A stretch of DNA of 64,000 nt, taken from NCBI GenBank assembly GCA_965197725.1, contig CBDANQ010000060.1, positions 32,001 to 96,000 on the forward strand. The letters run 5' to 3'. Of the stretch, positions 42,990 through 54,414 are shown piece by piece. Position numbers and translations under genes: made by a program. Origin of the DNA: Longimicrobiales bacterium. GTDB taxonomy: Bacteria > Gemmatimonadota > Gemmatimonadetes > Longimicrobiales > Gaopeijiaceae. A model generated the notes under the pieces. It did not search any database, was not told the origin of the DNA, and worked only from the letters and a program-made list of their open reading frames with translations. Numbering within the stretch: the first letter of the stretch is position 1; every line of letters begins with the position of its first letter.

Positions 42990-44508
42990 ATGCCCGACCC
43001 CGTCACCCGCCTGAACGCAGCCCTGGAAGGCCGCTACCGCATCGAGCGTGAGCTTGGCGAGGGCGGGATGGCGACCCGTCTACCTGGCCGACGACCTACG
43101 ACACGAGCGCAAGGTCGCGCTCAAGGTCCTGAAGCCCGAACTAGCAGCCGTCGTCGGGGCCGAGCGGTTCCTGGCCGAGATCAAGACGACCGCGAACCTC
43201 CAGCATCCGCACATCCTGCCGCTCTTCGATTCAGGCGAGGCCGACGGGTTCTTGTTCTACGTCATGCCGCATGTAGAGGGAGAGAGCCTTCGGCAGAGGC
43301 TCGACCGCGAACATCAGCTTCCCGTGGACGAAGCGGTGCGTATCGCCGCGAACGTCGCTGAGGCCCTCGACTATGCCCACCGCCAGGGCGTCGTCCATCG
43401 CGACATCAAGCCTGCGAACCTTCTTCTGCAAGAGGGAAAGCCTGTCATCTCCGACTTTGGCATCGCGTTGGCGGTCGGCGTTGCTGGTGGAGGTCGCCTT
43501 ACCGAAACCGGACTCAGCCTCGGCACGCCCCACTACATGAGCCCCGAGCAGGCGACGGGCGACCAGACAGTGGGTCCAGCCACGGACACTTACGCTCTCG
43601 GTTGCGTGCTGTACGAGATGCTGGTCGGTGAGCCGCCGTACACCGGAAGCACGGCACAGGCGATCTTGGGAAAGATCATCGCGGGTGAACTCGCGTCGGC
43701 TACGAAGGAACGGACATCGGTCCCGGCGAACGTGGACGCGGCGCTCAGGAAGGCGTTGGAGAAGTTGCCTGCGGATCGGTTCACAGGGGCTCAGGACTTT
43801 GCCAGGGCGCTGGCGGACCCGCAGTTCCGGCATGGCGAGCAGGTCGAAGCGGTAGCAGCGGCAAGTCCAGGCCCCTGGAAGCGGGTGTCGATCGCCTTAG
43901 CTGCACTCTTCGTTCTTGCCACCGGAGTCGCTGGCTGGGCGCTTCTACGTTCGGAGGTACCGCTTTCCGTCGAACGCTTCTCGCTCGGCCTCGAAGTGGC
44001 TGGTCCTGTGATGCCGCGTGTCTCTCCCGACGGCTCGGCGGTCGTGTTTGCGGCGCCCGGAGCAAACGGAGTGCAGCTATGGCTGCGCCGTCTGGAGAAC
44101 CTGACCCCGACACCCGTTCCGGGTACCGAGGGGAACTCCTACCAACCAGCTATCTCTCCAAACGGCGAGGACGTGGCGTTCTTTGTGGGCGGGCAGCTCA
44201 AGGTGGCTCCGCTCGGCGGCGGCGTGGTGCGTACGCTGGCTGATTCGGCGCTCTGCTGCTCTCGTTGGGGGCCGGACGGTTTCATCTACTACTCGCCGGT
44301 GGGGGTGCGTAACATAAACCGCGTGCCAGCTACGGGTGGTGCGGTGGAGGTGGTGACGACGCGGGACCAGGAGGGCGACGGTCAGCACGGCGACTTCCAG
44401 GTGCTGCCAGGTGGCGAGGTCGGGGTGTTCACCGTCGGGTTCATTCCCGAGCCCCGAATTGAGGCCATGCGGCTGTCCACCGGAGAACGGAAGGTGCTGA
44501 CGCTATAG
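42990..44508 (+). pseudogene. Ser/Thr protein kinase with TM and PD40-like propeller, frameshifted at ~43077 and 3'-truncated
   Basis: GEGGMAT|VYLA, VALKVLK, HRDIKPAN, DFG, GTPHYMSPEQ; extra C in GCGACCCGTC. Confidence 0.9.
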
Positions 44509-44744
44509 GGGCTGCGCATGATTCCATGCGCGCGCATAGTCCTTGGCTGGCTATCATCCGGGGTCACAAAGTACCGCCGAAAGGCTGCCAGCGGGACCGT
44601 GTGGCCCTCCGTGCGGCGGGCGCTCAGCGCACTCACGCTTGCCTCCCCTCGCTCAGCGACACCGTGCAACGAAAGAGCCGCCGCATCTGATTCTTGAGCC
44701 GCGTCCGCTCGCCGTGTGCGCCGCCGCTACGATCCTCTAGCCCG

Positions 44745-44775
44745 AGGTTTCGCATGAACTATAAGTGCGCTTTCC
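44745..44775 (+). other. Putative MOBQ-type oriT
   Basis: TATAAGTGCGC (44760-44770) resembles the IncQ/MobA-MobL nic consensus TAAGTGCGCCC; small inverted repeat just upstream. Confidence 0.5.
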
Positions 44776-44820
44776 TCGTTCTGGTGAACTCGTCAAGAGG
44801 GCTCGTGCTACGCTCTGATT

Positions 44821-44985
44821 ATGGCTAAACCAGCGGATGAGCGGATCGCCGAGCTCGAAAAACAAAAGCAGCAAATCGCCAACCGGATCGCGCGGCTGCG
44901 TACCATTGAATCAACCAGGGAACGGAAGCGCGACACCAGGCGTAAACTCCTCGCTGGCTCCTGGGTGCTCGCCCGCGCCGACTAG
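44821..44985 (+). pseudogene. Mobilization accessory protein (MobS/IncQ MobC-like), premature stop
   Basis: MAKPADERIAELEKQKQQIANRIARLRTIESTRERKRDTRRKLLAG. Confidence 0.6.
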
Positions 44986-45921
44986 GACCCGGACGCCGCC
45001 TCCAACAGGGCCTCGATGCCTTCCTGACCAAGCCCCAGGACCGGCGTGCGTGCTCGCGGGTACAACACCGACATGGGACTGATGCCATCCGGCGGCGGGG
45101 CACGATCGGCGGCGCGCGCGGGCCTCTCTGCGGCGCTGGGCCCAATTCGGCCATATCACCGACGAGGCGACCTGGGATCTTATCCGCAGCCATGCACCCG
45201 TGCAGGCGGACGGCGTCACCCCATTCGACACCACGCAGCGATTCGAGGGCATCAGCTACCTGGCGGTGACGGTCGGCCTGAAGTACCACTTTTGACGGAT
45301 CCCGGGCCGTCGGATCGAGCGGCTGCCGTCTGCTCGCTCACGTGGGCCTGCGGTGGTCGTCTCCGCGCGTTTCCGGGTCGTGTGTGGCGAGCCGGAAGGG
45401 CACCTTTCAGCCTGACGCGCTGGGTGCGGGGTCCGAGTAGAATCGGTAGTGGTCCAAGGATTCAGGGCAAATGGGAGGGCGAGAGAACGACTCCACCCCT
45501 CACCGTGTCGTAGTCGAAGCCGTAAGGGTATTCTCGACCCCTAGCGAAGGCGCCAGATGCTCGTGTCGTTTCTGTTCCACGTCGCTTCGGGTCAGCGACG
45601 GCCCCTTGGGGCGTGGGGCGACCCTGATTGGGTCCTTGGGATCCTTATAACGTTTCTTGTCTTTCTGTTCGGCAACAACGTGACTAGCCGGTTTGGTCAG
45701 GCAGAGGCACCTTCCGATGGTCGAGACAACGACCCTAGTGTACCGCCGCTAAAGTGGCATTAGCACGAGTGACCTTTGCCAGGATATCTTGGCCATGCAC
45801 GAAAGATAACGCCCGCTTCACGTCATGCCCATCACACTTAAGCGCCGATACACTAGCTCGGTCTCGGGCGGATTTGATCTTCGAAAATCGTCGCATCACC
45901 GACAAAAGGGGGAGGCATCGC

Positions 45922-48864
45922 ATGAATCCTGCCGGAAACTGGACTCGTTTCGGGTGCATAGCGACTATTTTGTTGCTATTTGCGACATTTCCCATCACGG
46001 GCCACGCCCAGGGGTACCTCGAAGGCACGGTTCGGGATGGTGCCACCAACCAGGGGGTGCGCGGCGCACAGGTGTTCATCTCGGCCCTCTCCATCGGCCG
46101 ACTGAGCGACGCCGACGGCTCCTTCCAGATTGGAGGCATTCCCGCCGGCACCCATGTGGTCGAGATCAGGCTGATCGGCTACGCCACGGAGCGCCAGGAG
46201 GTCAGCATCGCGGACGGCCAGGTGACGCAGCTCGACGTGACCATCAGCGAGGAAGCCATCGCGCTCGCCGGCATCGTCGCCATCGGGACGCGGGCCCGGC
46301 CACGCACCGTGACCGAATCAGCCGTCCCCGTCGACGTCATCACGAACGCGGAAATCATCAACCAGGGCGACACCGACTTCGCCAACCTGCTCCGCAACGT
46401 GGTGCCGTCGTTCAACGTGAACATCCAGCCCATCAGTGACGCGGCCACCTTCGCGCGCCCGGCCAACCTGCGCGGGCTCGCCCCCGACCACACGCTGATT
46501 CTGGTGAACGGGAAGCGCCGCCACCGCACGGCGGTCATCACCTGGTACGGCAACGGCCTGGCCGACGGGTCGCAGGGCCCTGACATCGCACTGATTCCGG
46601 GCATGGCGCTGGAGCAGGCCGAGGTGCTGCGCGACGGTGCGTCGGCGCAGTACGGCTCCGACGCCATCGCGGGGGTGATGAACTTCGTGCTCAACAACAA
46701 CCGCTCCGGCGGAGCCCTCGAGATCAAGACAGGCGGACATCTGTTCGCGACGACCAGCGAACCCTTCCAGGATGATCCGATCCCGGGCGACGGGGAGATG
46801 TACAGCATTGCGGGCAACATCGGTCTGCCTCTCGGGGAGACCGGGTTCCTCAACCTGACCGGCGAATACGGCAACACCAATCCCACCGACCGCAGCGTGC
46901 AACGGAACGACGCGCTCGCGCTGGTCGGGGCCGGCAACCAGCACGTGCGCTCTCCCGCGCAGATCTGGGGTTCCCCGCAGGTATCCGACGAAATCAAGCT
47001 GTGGGCGAACACGGGCTACCTGTTCAGCGACGCGCTTTTCTTCTACGGACACGGCAACTACGTAAGCAAGCAGGTTGAGGGCGGCTTCTACTTCCGGAAT
47101 CCGAACACCCGTAGCGGCGTGTTCGGGACCAGCAGGGACAGTACACTAGTTGACGGGACACCGGTTACCGGCCCGGAAGGTGATACATTGCAGGTTCCGC
47201 TATTGTTGGTCGGCGACATGATCGACGCGCGCGACGGAGTGCTGGACGGTTCGGCCGGCTGCCCGGAGGTACGGGTGAACGGCGGCGTCGTGACCGATCG
47301 CGCGGCGTTGAACCAGGTTCTAAACGACCCCAACTGCTTCACCTTCCAGAAAATCTTCCCGGGAGGCTTCACGCCGCAGTTCGGCGCATACGTGCTCGAC
47401 GCCTCCGCAGTGGCCGGCCTCAGGGGCACCCGGGGCCAGCTGGACTGGGACGCCAGCGCCAGCTGGGGCAAATCCAACATGGACTTCTACATGTACAACA
47501 CGGTGAACGCCTCGCTTGGGCCGAACCAGCCATGCAGCGACCAGGGCACCTCGATCGCCGTCCCGGACCAGCCGTGCACGCCGTACTTCCATCCGGGAAT
47601 CTACGATCAGCAGGAGGTCAACTTTAACGCCGACGTCTCCTACGCCGTGAACGAAAGGGTGAATGTCGCCGGCGGCGCTGAATGGAGGAACGAGCGCTTC
47701 CAGATCGTCCCGGGCGACGAGGCTTCGTGGACCGAGGGTCCGCTCGCGATCCAGGGCTTCACCCCCGGCTCCAACGGCTTCACCGGCTTCGGCCCCCTCA
47801 CCGAGGGCACCTGGAACCGCAGCAACTTCGCCGGCTACGGTGACGTCGAGTTGCGGGATCCGGCAGGCGCGTGGACGTTCGGCGTCGCCGGGCGCGTCGA
47901 GAGATTCTCGGACTTCGGCACCACGGTGAACGGAAAGGTCGCGGCCCGGACGACCGTCTCGAAGGGCTTCGCTCTGCGGGGCAGCGCCAGCACCGGCTTC
48001 CGCGCCCCCACGCCCGGCCAGCAGAACGCCTTCAACATCTCGACGATCTACGATCCCGAGATCATGGACCTCACCAACAACGGCACGATTCCGTCGACAT
48101 CCCTCTTGGCCCGAGAGTTTGGCGGCGAAGCGCTCACACCGGAGAAGTCGGTGAACATGGCGTTGGGTGCCGTGCTCGAGCGCGGCCGGTTCAGCCTCTC
48201 CACCGACTTCTTCCAGATCAACGTAAACGACCGTCTTACGACGAGCGCCGACCGAAAGCTCACCCCGGCGGAGATCGACCAGCTCGTGGCCGACAGCATC
48301 ATCCGGCCGGGCGGGGTGCTGGCGCGGTTCCGCTTCTTCATCAACGACTTCGCGACCCGCACCCGGGGAATCGATCTCGTGGCCGCCTACCAGATGGAAG
48401 GAGCGAACGGTTCCACCACCAACATCACCGCCGCCTGGAACTGGACCTCGACCCAGGTGACGGACTTCAACCCCGGCACCCTCACGGGCACGCGCATCCG
48501 CATCCTGGAGGAGGGGCTCCCGAACGTGCGCGGCAACGTCGCCGTCAACCACACATTCCCCAACGGCGTGCGTGCGCTCGTACGCGGCAGCTACTGGGGC
48601 GGCTACTACGACGGCGAGACTCCCTACTACACGGGCAGCTCGGACAATACCATCGACTATCCGGCGCGCGTCCTCTTCGACATGGAGGCAGCCCGCTCCT
48701 TCAACGATCGCTGGACGCTGACGCTTGGGGCCCAGAACGTCCTGAACACCAAGCCGCAGGAGTACCCGGGCGCGGCCGACGGCGTCGGCAACCGGTACGG
48801 CCAGTTCACGCCCTTCGGCTTCAACGGGGCCTTCCTGTACGGCAAGCTGGGGTACAGGTGGTAG
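45922..48864 (+). CDS. TonB-dependent receptor
   Basis: Signal peptide, carboxypeptidase-regulatory-like N domain, plug (LRGLAPDHTLILVNGKRRH; VLRDGASAQYGSDAIAGVMN), barrel ending YRW. Confidence 0.94.
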   Translation: MNPAGNWTRFGCIATILLLFATFPITGHAQGYLEGTVRDGATNQGVRGAQVFISALSIGRLSDADGSFQIGGIPAGTHVVEIRLIGYATERQEVSIADGQVTQLDVTISEEAIALAGIVAIGTRARPRTVTESAVPVDVITNAEIINQGDTDFANLLRNVVPSFNVNIQPISDAATFARPANLRGLAPDHTLILVNGKRRHRTAVITWYGNGLADGSQGPDIALIPGMALEQAEVLRDGASAQYGSDAIAGVMNFVLNNNRSGGALEIKTGGHLFATTSEPFQDDPIPGDGEMYSIAGNIGLPLGETGFLNLTGEYGNTNPTDRSVQRNDALALVGAGNQHVRSPAQIWGSPQVSDEIKLWANTGYLFSDALFFYGHGNYVSKQVEGGFYFRNPNTRSGVFGTSRDSTLVDGTPVTGPEGDTLQVPLLLVGDMIDARDGVLDGSAGCPEVRVNGGVVTDRAALNQVLNDPNCFTFQKIFPGGFTPQFGAYVLDASAVAGLRGTRGQLDWDASASWGKSNMDFYMYNTVNASLGPNQPCSDQGTSIAVPDQPCTPYFHPGIYDQQEVNFNADVSYAVNERVNVAGGAEWRNERFQIVPGDEASWTEGPLAIQGFTPGSNGFTGFGPLTEGTWNRSNFAGYGDVELRDPAGAWTFGVAGRVERFSDFGTTVNGKVAARTTVSKGFALRGSASTGFRAPTPGQQNAFNISTIYDPEIMDLTNNGTIPSTSLLAREFGGEALTPEKSVNMALGAVLERGRFSLSTDFFQINVNDRLTTSADRKLTPAEIDQLVADSIIRPGGVLARFRFFINDFATRTRGIDLVAAYQMEGANGSTTNITAAWNWTSTQVTDFNPGTLTGTRIRILEEGLPNVRGNVAVNHTFPNGVRALVRGSYWGGYYDGETPYYTGSSDNTIDYPARVLFDMEAARSFNDRWTLTLGAQNVLNTKPQEYPGAADGVGNRYGQFTPFGFNGAFLYGKLGYRW

Positions 48865-48999
48865 CCTAAACCGATCCGCCAGCGGACGGATCAGCCGGCT
48901 CCGGAGAGTTGCTGGACGACCCTTCGGGGCCGGTCTTCTGATGGCCACGAACCGATTGCGAGGCTTCTCCCGTCGCTGACCGAAGTTGGGTCTGTAGCA

Positions 49000-49050
49000 C
49001 ACTTCCAAGCATACTTCACTTCCAAGCATACTTCACTTCCAAGCATACTT
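49000..49050. repeat. Perfect tandem repeat 3 x 17 bp
   Basis: CACTTCCAAGCATACTT at 49000, 49017 and 49034. Confidence 0.95.
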
Positions 49051-49086
49051 CGCCCACACCCGACTCAAGAGACCCTGACTCGATCG

Positions 49087-50030
49087 ATGTCCGCGGCTAG
49101 ACGTGTTCCCTGGCTCCTGACGGGCGCCCTGCTCGCCGTCGCCAGCTGTGTGTCGTCCTCGGCACTGGAGTTGTATGAGACCAGCGATGCCCCCTGCTAC
49201 GACCGCGCCCTCGAGCCCCAGACCGCGGTCGTCGACGCGCATCTCCACTTTCGTCCCTTCGGAGGTCCCGAGATCCCGTTCGAGGAACTGGTCTCCTATC
49301 TCGAGGAGACGGGCGTGCTCTTCGCGAACGTCTACGGCATCGGCCAGACGCTCCCGGACTCATCGTCCTGCACCTACTACCTGGACTGTCCCGGCACGCC
49401 GCTGACTCCATCGCTCGACAATGACCTCGCCAACGCTGCCGAGTACGTGACGAACCCACCTTCCCGCGTTCATCTGACGATGTCGATGACCTTCCCGGAT
49501 CTGGCGCGCCCCGCCACCATTCTCCCCGCGATGCAGCGCCTGGAGGAGGAATATCCGGGTGTCTTCTCCTGGATGGGCGAGGTCAACCCGGTCAAGCAGG
49601 CCGTGTTCGACAACGGCCGCGGGCCGATTCCCGAGGAGGTCCTGGACGGGTGGGCACCGTTCATGGAGGTTCTTCGGGAACGGAACATGCCCCTCTCCAT
49701 CCACGGCGATCTGGGCAACGATGAAGACCCGACCCTGTACCTTCCGCTGATGGACGGGGTGCTTGGTCTGTATCCCGACAACAACATCGTCTGGATGCAC
49801 ATGGGATTGTTGCGGGAACTCACCGAAATGGACCCGGCCCGGCACGTCACGATCATGAAGTCGATGCTGGACCGCCATCCGAATCTGATGCTGGACATAT
49901 CCTGGCGCGTGATTGACGACACCTATTTCTCGGATCCCGACGCACGAGCTGTCTACATTCCTTTTCTGAATGAGTACTCGGAACGGATTCTGCCCGGAAC
50001 CGACTTCCTGGCATCCCGGGACAAGGAGGT
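49087..50030 (+). pseudogene. Amidohydrolase-fold lipoprotein, probably 3'-truncated
   Basis: Lipobox VASC, DAHLH, GEVN, IHGD, WMHMG, PGTDF; frame drifts into unrelated lower-GC sequence after ~50030. Confidence 0.7.
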
Positions 50031-50343
50031 GATATCGATACAGCTTATATACTCCAGGTGCGTGACTCCAGGTGACTCTTTACCATCCGGGCAATCTCGC
50101 GGGAGGCCACTGCCATCGGACTGGACGGGCAGAGCTACTTGCGAAGGTTGGACAGCCGACTTCGCATCGGCGTTGGTGGGCTCAAGCACGCCTCAACAGC
50201 AACGTTACCTCCATGGCCAGGCCATCGCTACTCTGCCACCCTTCGACCCGTTGAGCTCGCAATCTCGACCAGTGCTTCTCCCTGGGCTCTTGGGGCTATG
50301 ACCCCATACTCCCAACTGATGGAGTCTCCGGCAAACCCCACGC

Positions 50344-52477
50344 TGTCAACGGCCATCGAAAGCTGCACAGGTCTGGCCATCGAAAATTGCACACTTGGCG
50401 GAGGTGACGAGCCTCTAGTTCGTCGTTTTCTCCTTTGCTCTTGCTCTCTTTCTCTTCGGGGGTGAAGGGCTCGACTCCGCAGGAGGCGAGTGGAGGATCT
50501 TGGAGAGGTCGGTGTGCTTGCGCATCCGGTAGCTGCTGCCGCGGATGTTGACGATATGGCAGTGATGCAGCAGGCGATCGATGAGCGCAGCGGCCATGAC
50601 CTCGTCGCCCAAGATCTGGCCCCACTCCTCGAAGCCTTTATTGGAGGTCAGCACAGTGGATGCGCGCTCATAGCGCCGGTTGATGAGTTGGAAGAAGAGC
50701 ATTGCGCCGGTCTGGCTGACCGGCAGGTAGCCGATCTCGTCGATGACCAGGAGCGAAGGATAGGTGAGGATCTTGAGGCGGCGTCCCAGCTGGCCGGTGG
50801 TCTTGGCTTCTTCGAGCGAGGTGATGAGGTCGGCCAGAGCGCCGTAGTAGACTCTGCGCCCGCTCTGAGCCGCGGCAATGGCGAGGCTGATCGCGAGATG
50901 CGTCTTGCCGACGCCCGGAGGGCCGAGGAAGATCACGTTCTCCTTACGCTCCAAGAAGCCGAGCTCGTGGAGCGAGTCGATCTGCTCGCGCTTGATCGAG
51001 GGCTGGAAGCTGAAGTCGAAGTCGTCGAGGGTCTTGATGCCCGGTAGCCGGCTCGAGCGCATCGCAGCCTGAAGGCGGCGGTTGTTGCGCAGCGTGATCT
51101 GGGCACCGAGGAGTTGCTCGATGGCCTCCGAGGCCGTCACGCCTCCGCCATCGACCCCGGTGAGGACGTCGTCGATGGCCTCCAGCGCACCGGGCATCTT
51201 GAGATCGGCGAGCTGGGCTCGGATCCGGTCACGGCGAGAGCGAGCGGCAGCCTTCATCGGTCCCCTCCCGCGATCTGGGCATAGGCCGTGAGGGGACGTC
51301 GCTCGACGTGGATGGCCGGCAAGGACGTCGTGCCGGGTGAGGAGCGATCCGGAGGCAGGACGAGGGGGTGATACGGGCGAGTCGCCAAGGGCTCGAGGAG
51401 CAGTCGTTCACGCTCGAAGCGATCGAGGGGCCGCTCCTTCAGCGTTCCGTGGCTGCGCACCTTGGCTTCCGTCTCAAGCCAATGAAGGGCCTGCGCGTTG
51501 AGATCGTCGTCCGACGTGAAGGTGCGCCCGTAGAAGAAGCTCTCCCTGAGGTAGCGGATCGGCCGCTCCACCTTGCCCTTGGTCTGAGCCCGATAGGGTC
51601 GGCACGCTCGGATCCTGAAGTTCCAGTGGTAGGCGTAGCGCATGAACTCCGGGTTCTCGACGAGGGCACCATCGTCGTATCGACCGTCCTCGATGACGAC
51701 CGCCTTCATTTGGTCGAACAGAAGCTCTGAGGGCACGCCGCCGAAGTAGGAAAACGAAGACTCCAGGGCCAGGTGGACTTCAGCCCACTTCATGGTCTAC
51801 CGTGGTGTAGCAAGCGTGAACGCACTAGCATCGTCGTGCTGGGCTAGCTCGAGGCTGCTAGTGGGTTCACGCTTGCTACACCACGGCAGACCATGAAGTG
51901 CCCTGAAGTGCACCTGGCCCTGGAGTCTTCGTTTTCCTACTTCGGCGGCCGTCTCGAAGCGCACGACCGGCTCCTCTGGGGGTCGAGGCCGGACCTTGCG
52001 TACATAGCGCTTCACTTGGTTGTAACTGCCCGGGTAGCCAGCGGCCCGGACCTCCTTGAAGAGCCGTACAGCCGTGAGCTTCGGGTACTCCTTGAGACGC
52101 GTGTCGATCAACGGCTTGTACGGATCCAGCTTCGACGGCATCAGACATCTCGGACCGTACCCGACACGCTCTTCGTCCAACTCCCGGTCCAGTTGACCGG
52201 TCTCTATCCAGTGGTACACGGTACGGCGACTGACCCCCAGATCCCGGGCGATCACCGCCTTGTTCATCCCCTGCTCGAGGTAATGACGGAGCAGCACGCG
52301 CTTCTCCCTTCCGATCATTGCACCTCCACGTTCTCGGTGGAGGCGCCAAGTGAGTGGATCGGCCGGAAGATCGCTCGGGGTGGTGCCTACATCCCCACTC
52401 TCCCGCCCGCTAGGTCAAAGCGCCAAGTGTGCAATTTTCGATGGCCACATGTGTGCAATATTGGAAGGCCGCTAACA
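50344..52477 (-). mobile_element. Second copy of the IS21 element (istB 50415-51257 intact; istA scrambled)
   Basis: Near-identical to 29595-33157 without the IS256; 4-bp TSD ACGC. Confidence 0.94.
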
Positions 52478-52481
52478 ACGC

Positions 52482-52585
52482 CGTTCAGCCCGCTTACTTT
52501 CTGTTCCTAGTTTGGGGCTGGGACGTCACTACGTGGGTAGCCTCGGCTGGAATCATCGGTATCGCCATCGGTTTCGGCGCCAATG
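52482..52585 (+). pseudogene. MscS-family fragment
   Basis: WGWDVTTWVASAGIIGIAIGFGA (MscS TM3 motif). Confidence 0.6.
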
Positions 52586-52661
52586 CGCACGCGGACTCAT
52601 TGGGCACTAGATCCCGACGACCTTCGGTGGGTCTACTTCCGCTCCCAAATTTCGCCTCCGC

Positions 52662-53444
52662 TCAGCAGAGCCTGAAGCGCCTCGGGGTTGGGTAACCGAC
52701 CCGTATGGAGAATCCGAATCCGGCGTCGTTCGCCTCGATGCCCGGGGGCGGCCGCGAGTCTCGACGCCAACTCCCAGAAACGACAAAATGGACCTGACCG
52801 GAAGCCGGAATCTCAACCTCCGTGTCGACGGACACGCGATAGTCGCCGAGGTCCAACATCACCGGCTGATAGAAACCCGTGGTCAAGAGCCGGACGGCAC
52901 CGGCTCCGCCGCATGCAGAAAGCAGATTCGCGCCCCTCAAGTCTGTCCGAGCCTCTCCAGACACCAAGAGCTCGTCTTCCAGCATGAGACCGACGCCGAC
53001 GTCCAGACCACCATCTTCCAGCCGCACGACTTGCCGACGAAGCCCGCCCCCGACCAGCAACCTGCGGTCGAGGTCGATCGACTGATCCGCCTGGATCTGA
53101 ACGAACGCGTAGGTTCGCATCGCGTCTGAGAATACATATGAGTGCCTGACGTGCGCCGACCGCTCATGCACGACGTTCTTTTCCTCTGAGCGCTTGATCC
53201 GATAAGAGGGATAGAACCGGAGCCAGTGGCCCGGTGCAGGCACGCGGTATGACAAGCCTCCGGTTAAACGTAAATCCAGATAATCCGCATTGCCGGCTCC
53301 ACCGTCCAACCAGAGCTCCGCCTGGATGAACAAACTATCCACAGCGTTGCGGTCAAGACCTTCGTGGCTGCGAATCACTTGGGCACGAACTGATGATGTG
53401 AAAACAAGCGAGAGCACCACGAGGCACAACGGGACTTTGCTCAT
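52662..53444 (-). CDS. DUF481-like outer-membrane beta-barrel protein
   Basis: GGAGG RBS, signal peptide, amphipathic beta strands, RRLLVGGGLR, DSRPP; C-terminus may be altered. Confidence 0.65.
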   Translation of the reverse strand: MSKVPLCLVVLSLVFTSSVRAQVIRSHEGLDRNAVDSLFIQAELWLDGGAGNADYLDLRLTGGLSYRVPAPGHWLRFYPSYRIKRSEEKNVVHERSAHVRHSYVFSDAMRTYAFVQIQADQSIDLDRRLLVGGGLRRQVVRLEDGGLDVGVGLMLEDELLVSGEARTDLRGANLLSACGGAGAVRLLTTGFYQPVMLDLGDYRVSVDTEVEIPASGQVHFVVSGSWRRDSRPPPGIEANDAGFGFSIRVGYPTPRRFRLC

Positions 53445-53474
53445 AGGCCCTCCATCGGGGTGTTGATGAGGTTG

Positions 53475-53665
53475 GGTCAATAGGTGTGTAAACGTATCAG
53501 GCGGCATTCTTCCGCTGTTGGGTTGAGACGGGCTTTCCGTCTTCGAACTTTCTTCCTTCAAACACGTCCTTGAGGAGGTGAGGAGCGTCGAGCCTTCGGA
53601 ACCGCTTCTCGGCCACCAAGAGCAACTTCCAGATCAGCGCCGTAGCGCTCTCGACCCGCTCCGAC
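53475..53665 (-). mobile_element. 3' remnant of another IS256-family element
   Basis: SATALIWKLLLVAEKRFRRLDAPHLL...AA* followed by TTTACACACCTATTGAC end sequence. Confidence 0.7.
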
Positions 53666-54414
53666 GACCTCTCGTTCATCGGCCGGGTTCGCGAGACGTG
53701 GAGTGCGGGAGCCTAGCAAGGCGGAGCTAGAATCCCCATCGTCTCTTCTTTGGCAACTGTCCACGGCACGACCGAACGCTTACTGGCGCTTAGCGAGGTC
53801 AGCGAGGAATTCGTCCGCGAACCTCCACTCCGGTCCACTGGATTCCCGTTTCGAAAGAGGGGTGTAATGAGGGGATTATAGGAAGATATTCAGTCTTATA
53901 TCTATGATAATCAATAAGTTATGGCAACTATGGAACAGCTGATGCAGGCGTGGGCCGACTCCCTGGACCAGCTTCGGGTCGGGAAAGGAGTCGAGCCGGG
54001 GACTCTCGGATTGGGGATTGCTGGCATCCCGGGGATCCCGAACGCTAACTCAACGCTTGACATTTCGCGGTAGCTGGAGGCGCGCCAGCGAAGCGGCAAT
54101 CCGCCGCCCGCAGAGGCGCTCGATGGCCTTCCCGCGAGGGATTGCTGGAGGGGAGCGACCCCCGGCGGAGGGTGGCATGGGTGTGCACATGCCAACCCTC
54201 CGCGATGCCGAACGAGGCATCGAAACCGGGGGGTCGCTCCCCTCCACGTCCGTGCTGCCCAGTGCGGCACCGGCGACCGGGTGGCAGTGACCGCAACTCC
54301 AAGCGACCGCGCGGGATAGCCGAATCCGGCGTCTGCGCATCTTCACGGGTGCCATGCGTGCATCGACCCCCAACGTCTCATGCACGCTCCAGTACGGCAC
54401 AAGGCGTGGGCTTC

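Noticed and set aside
47320..49029. 569-aa minus-strand ORF
   Set aside because: Antisense shadow of the TonB receptor, common in high-GC DNA.
49000..49050. Possible CRISPR array
   Set aside because: Units are contiguous 17-mers with no spacers, and no cas genes are in the window.
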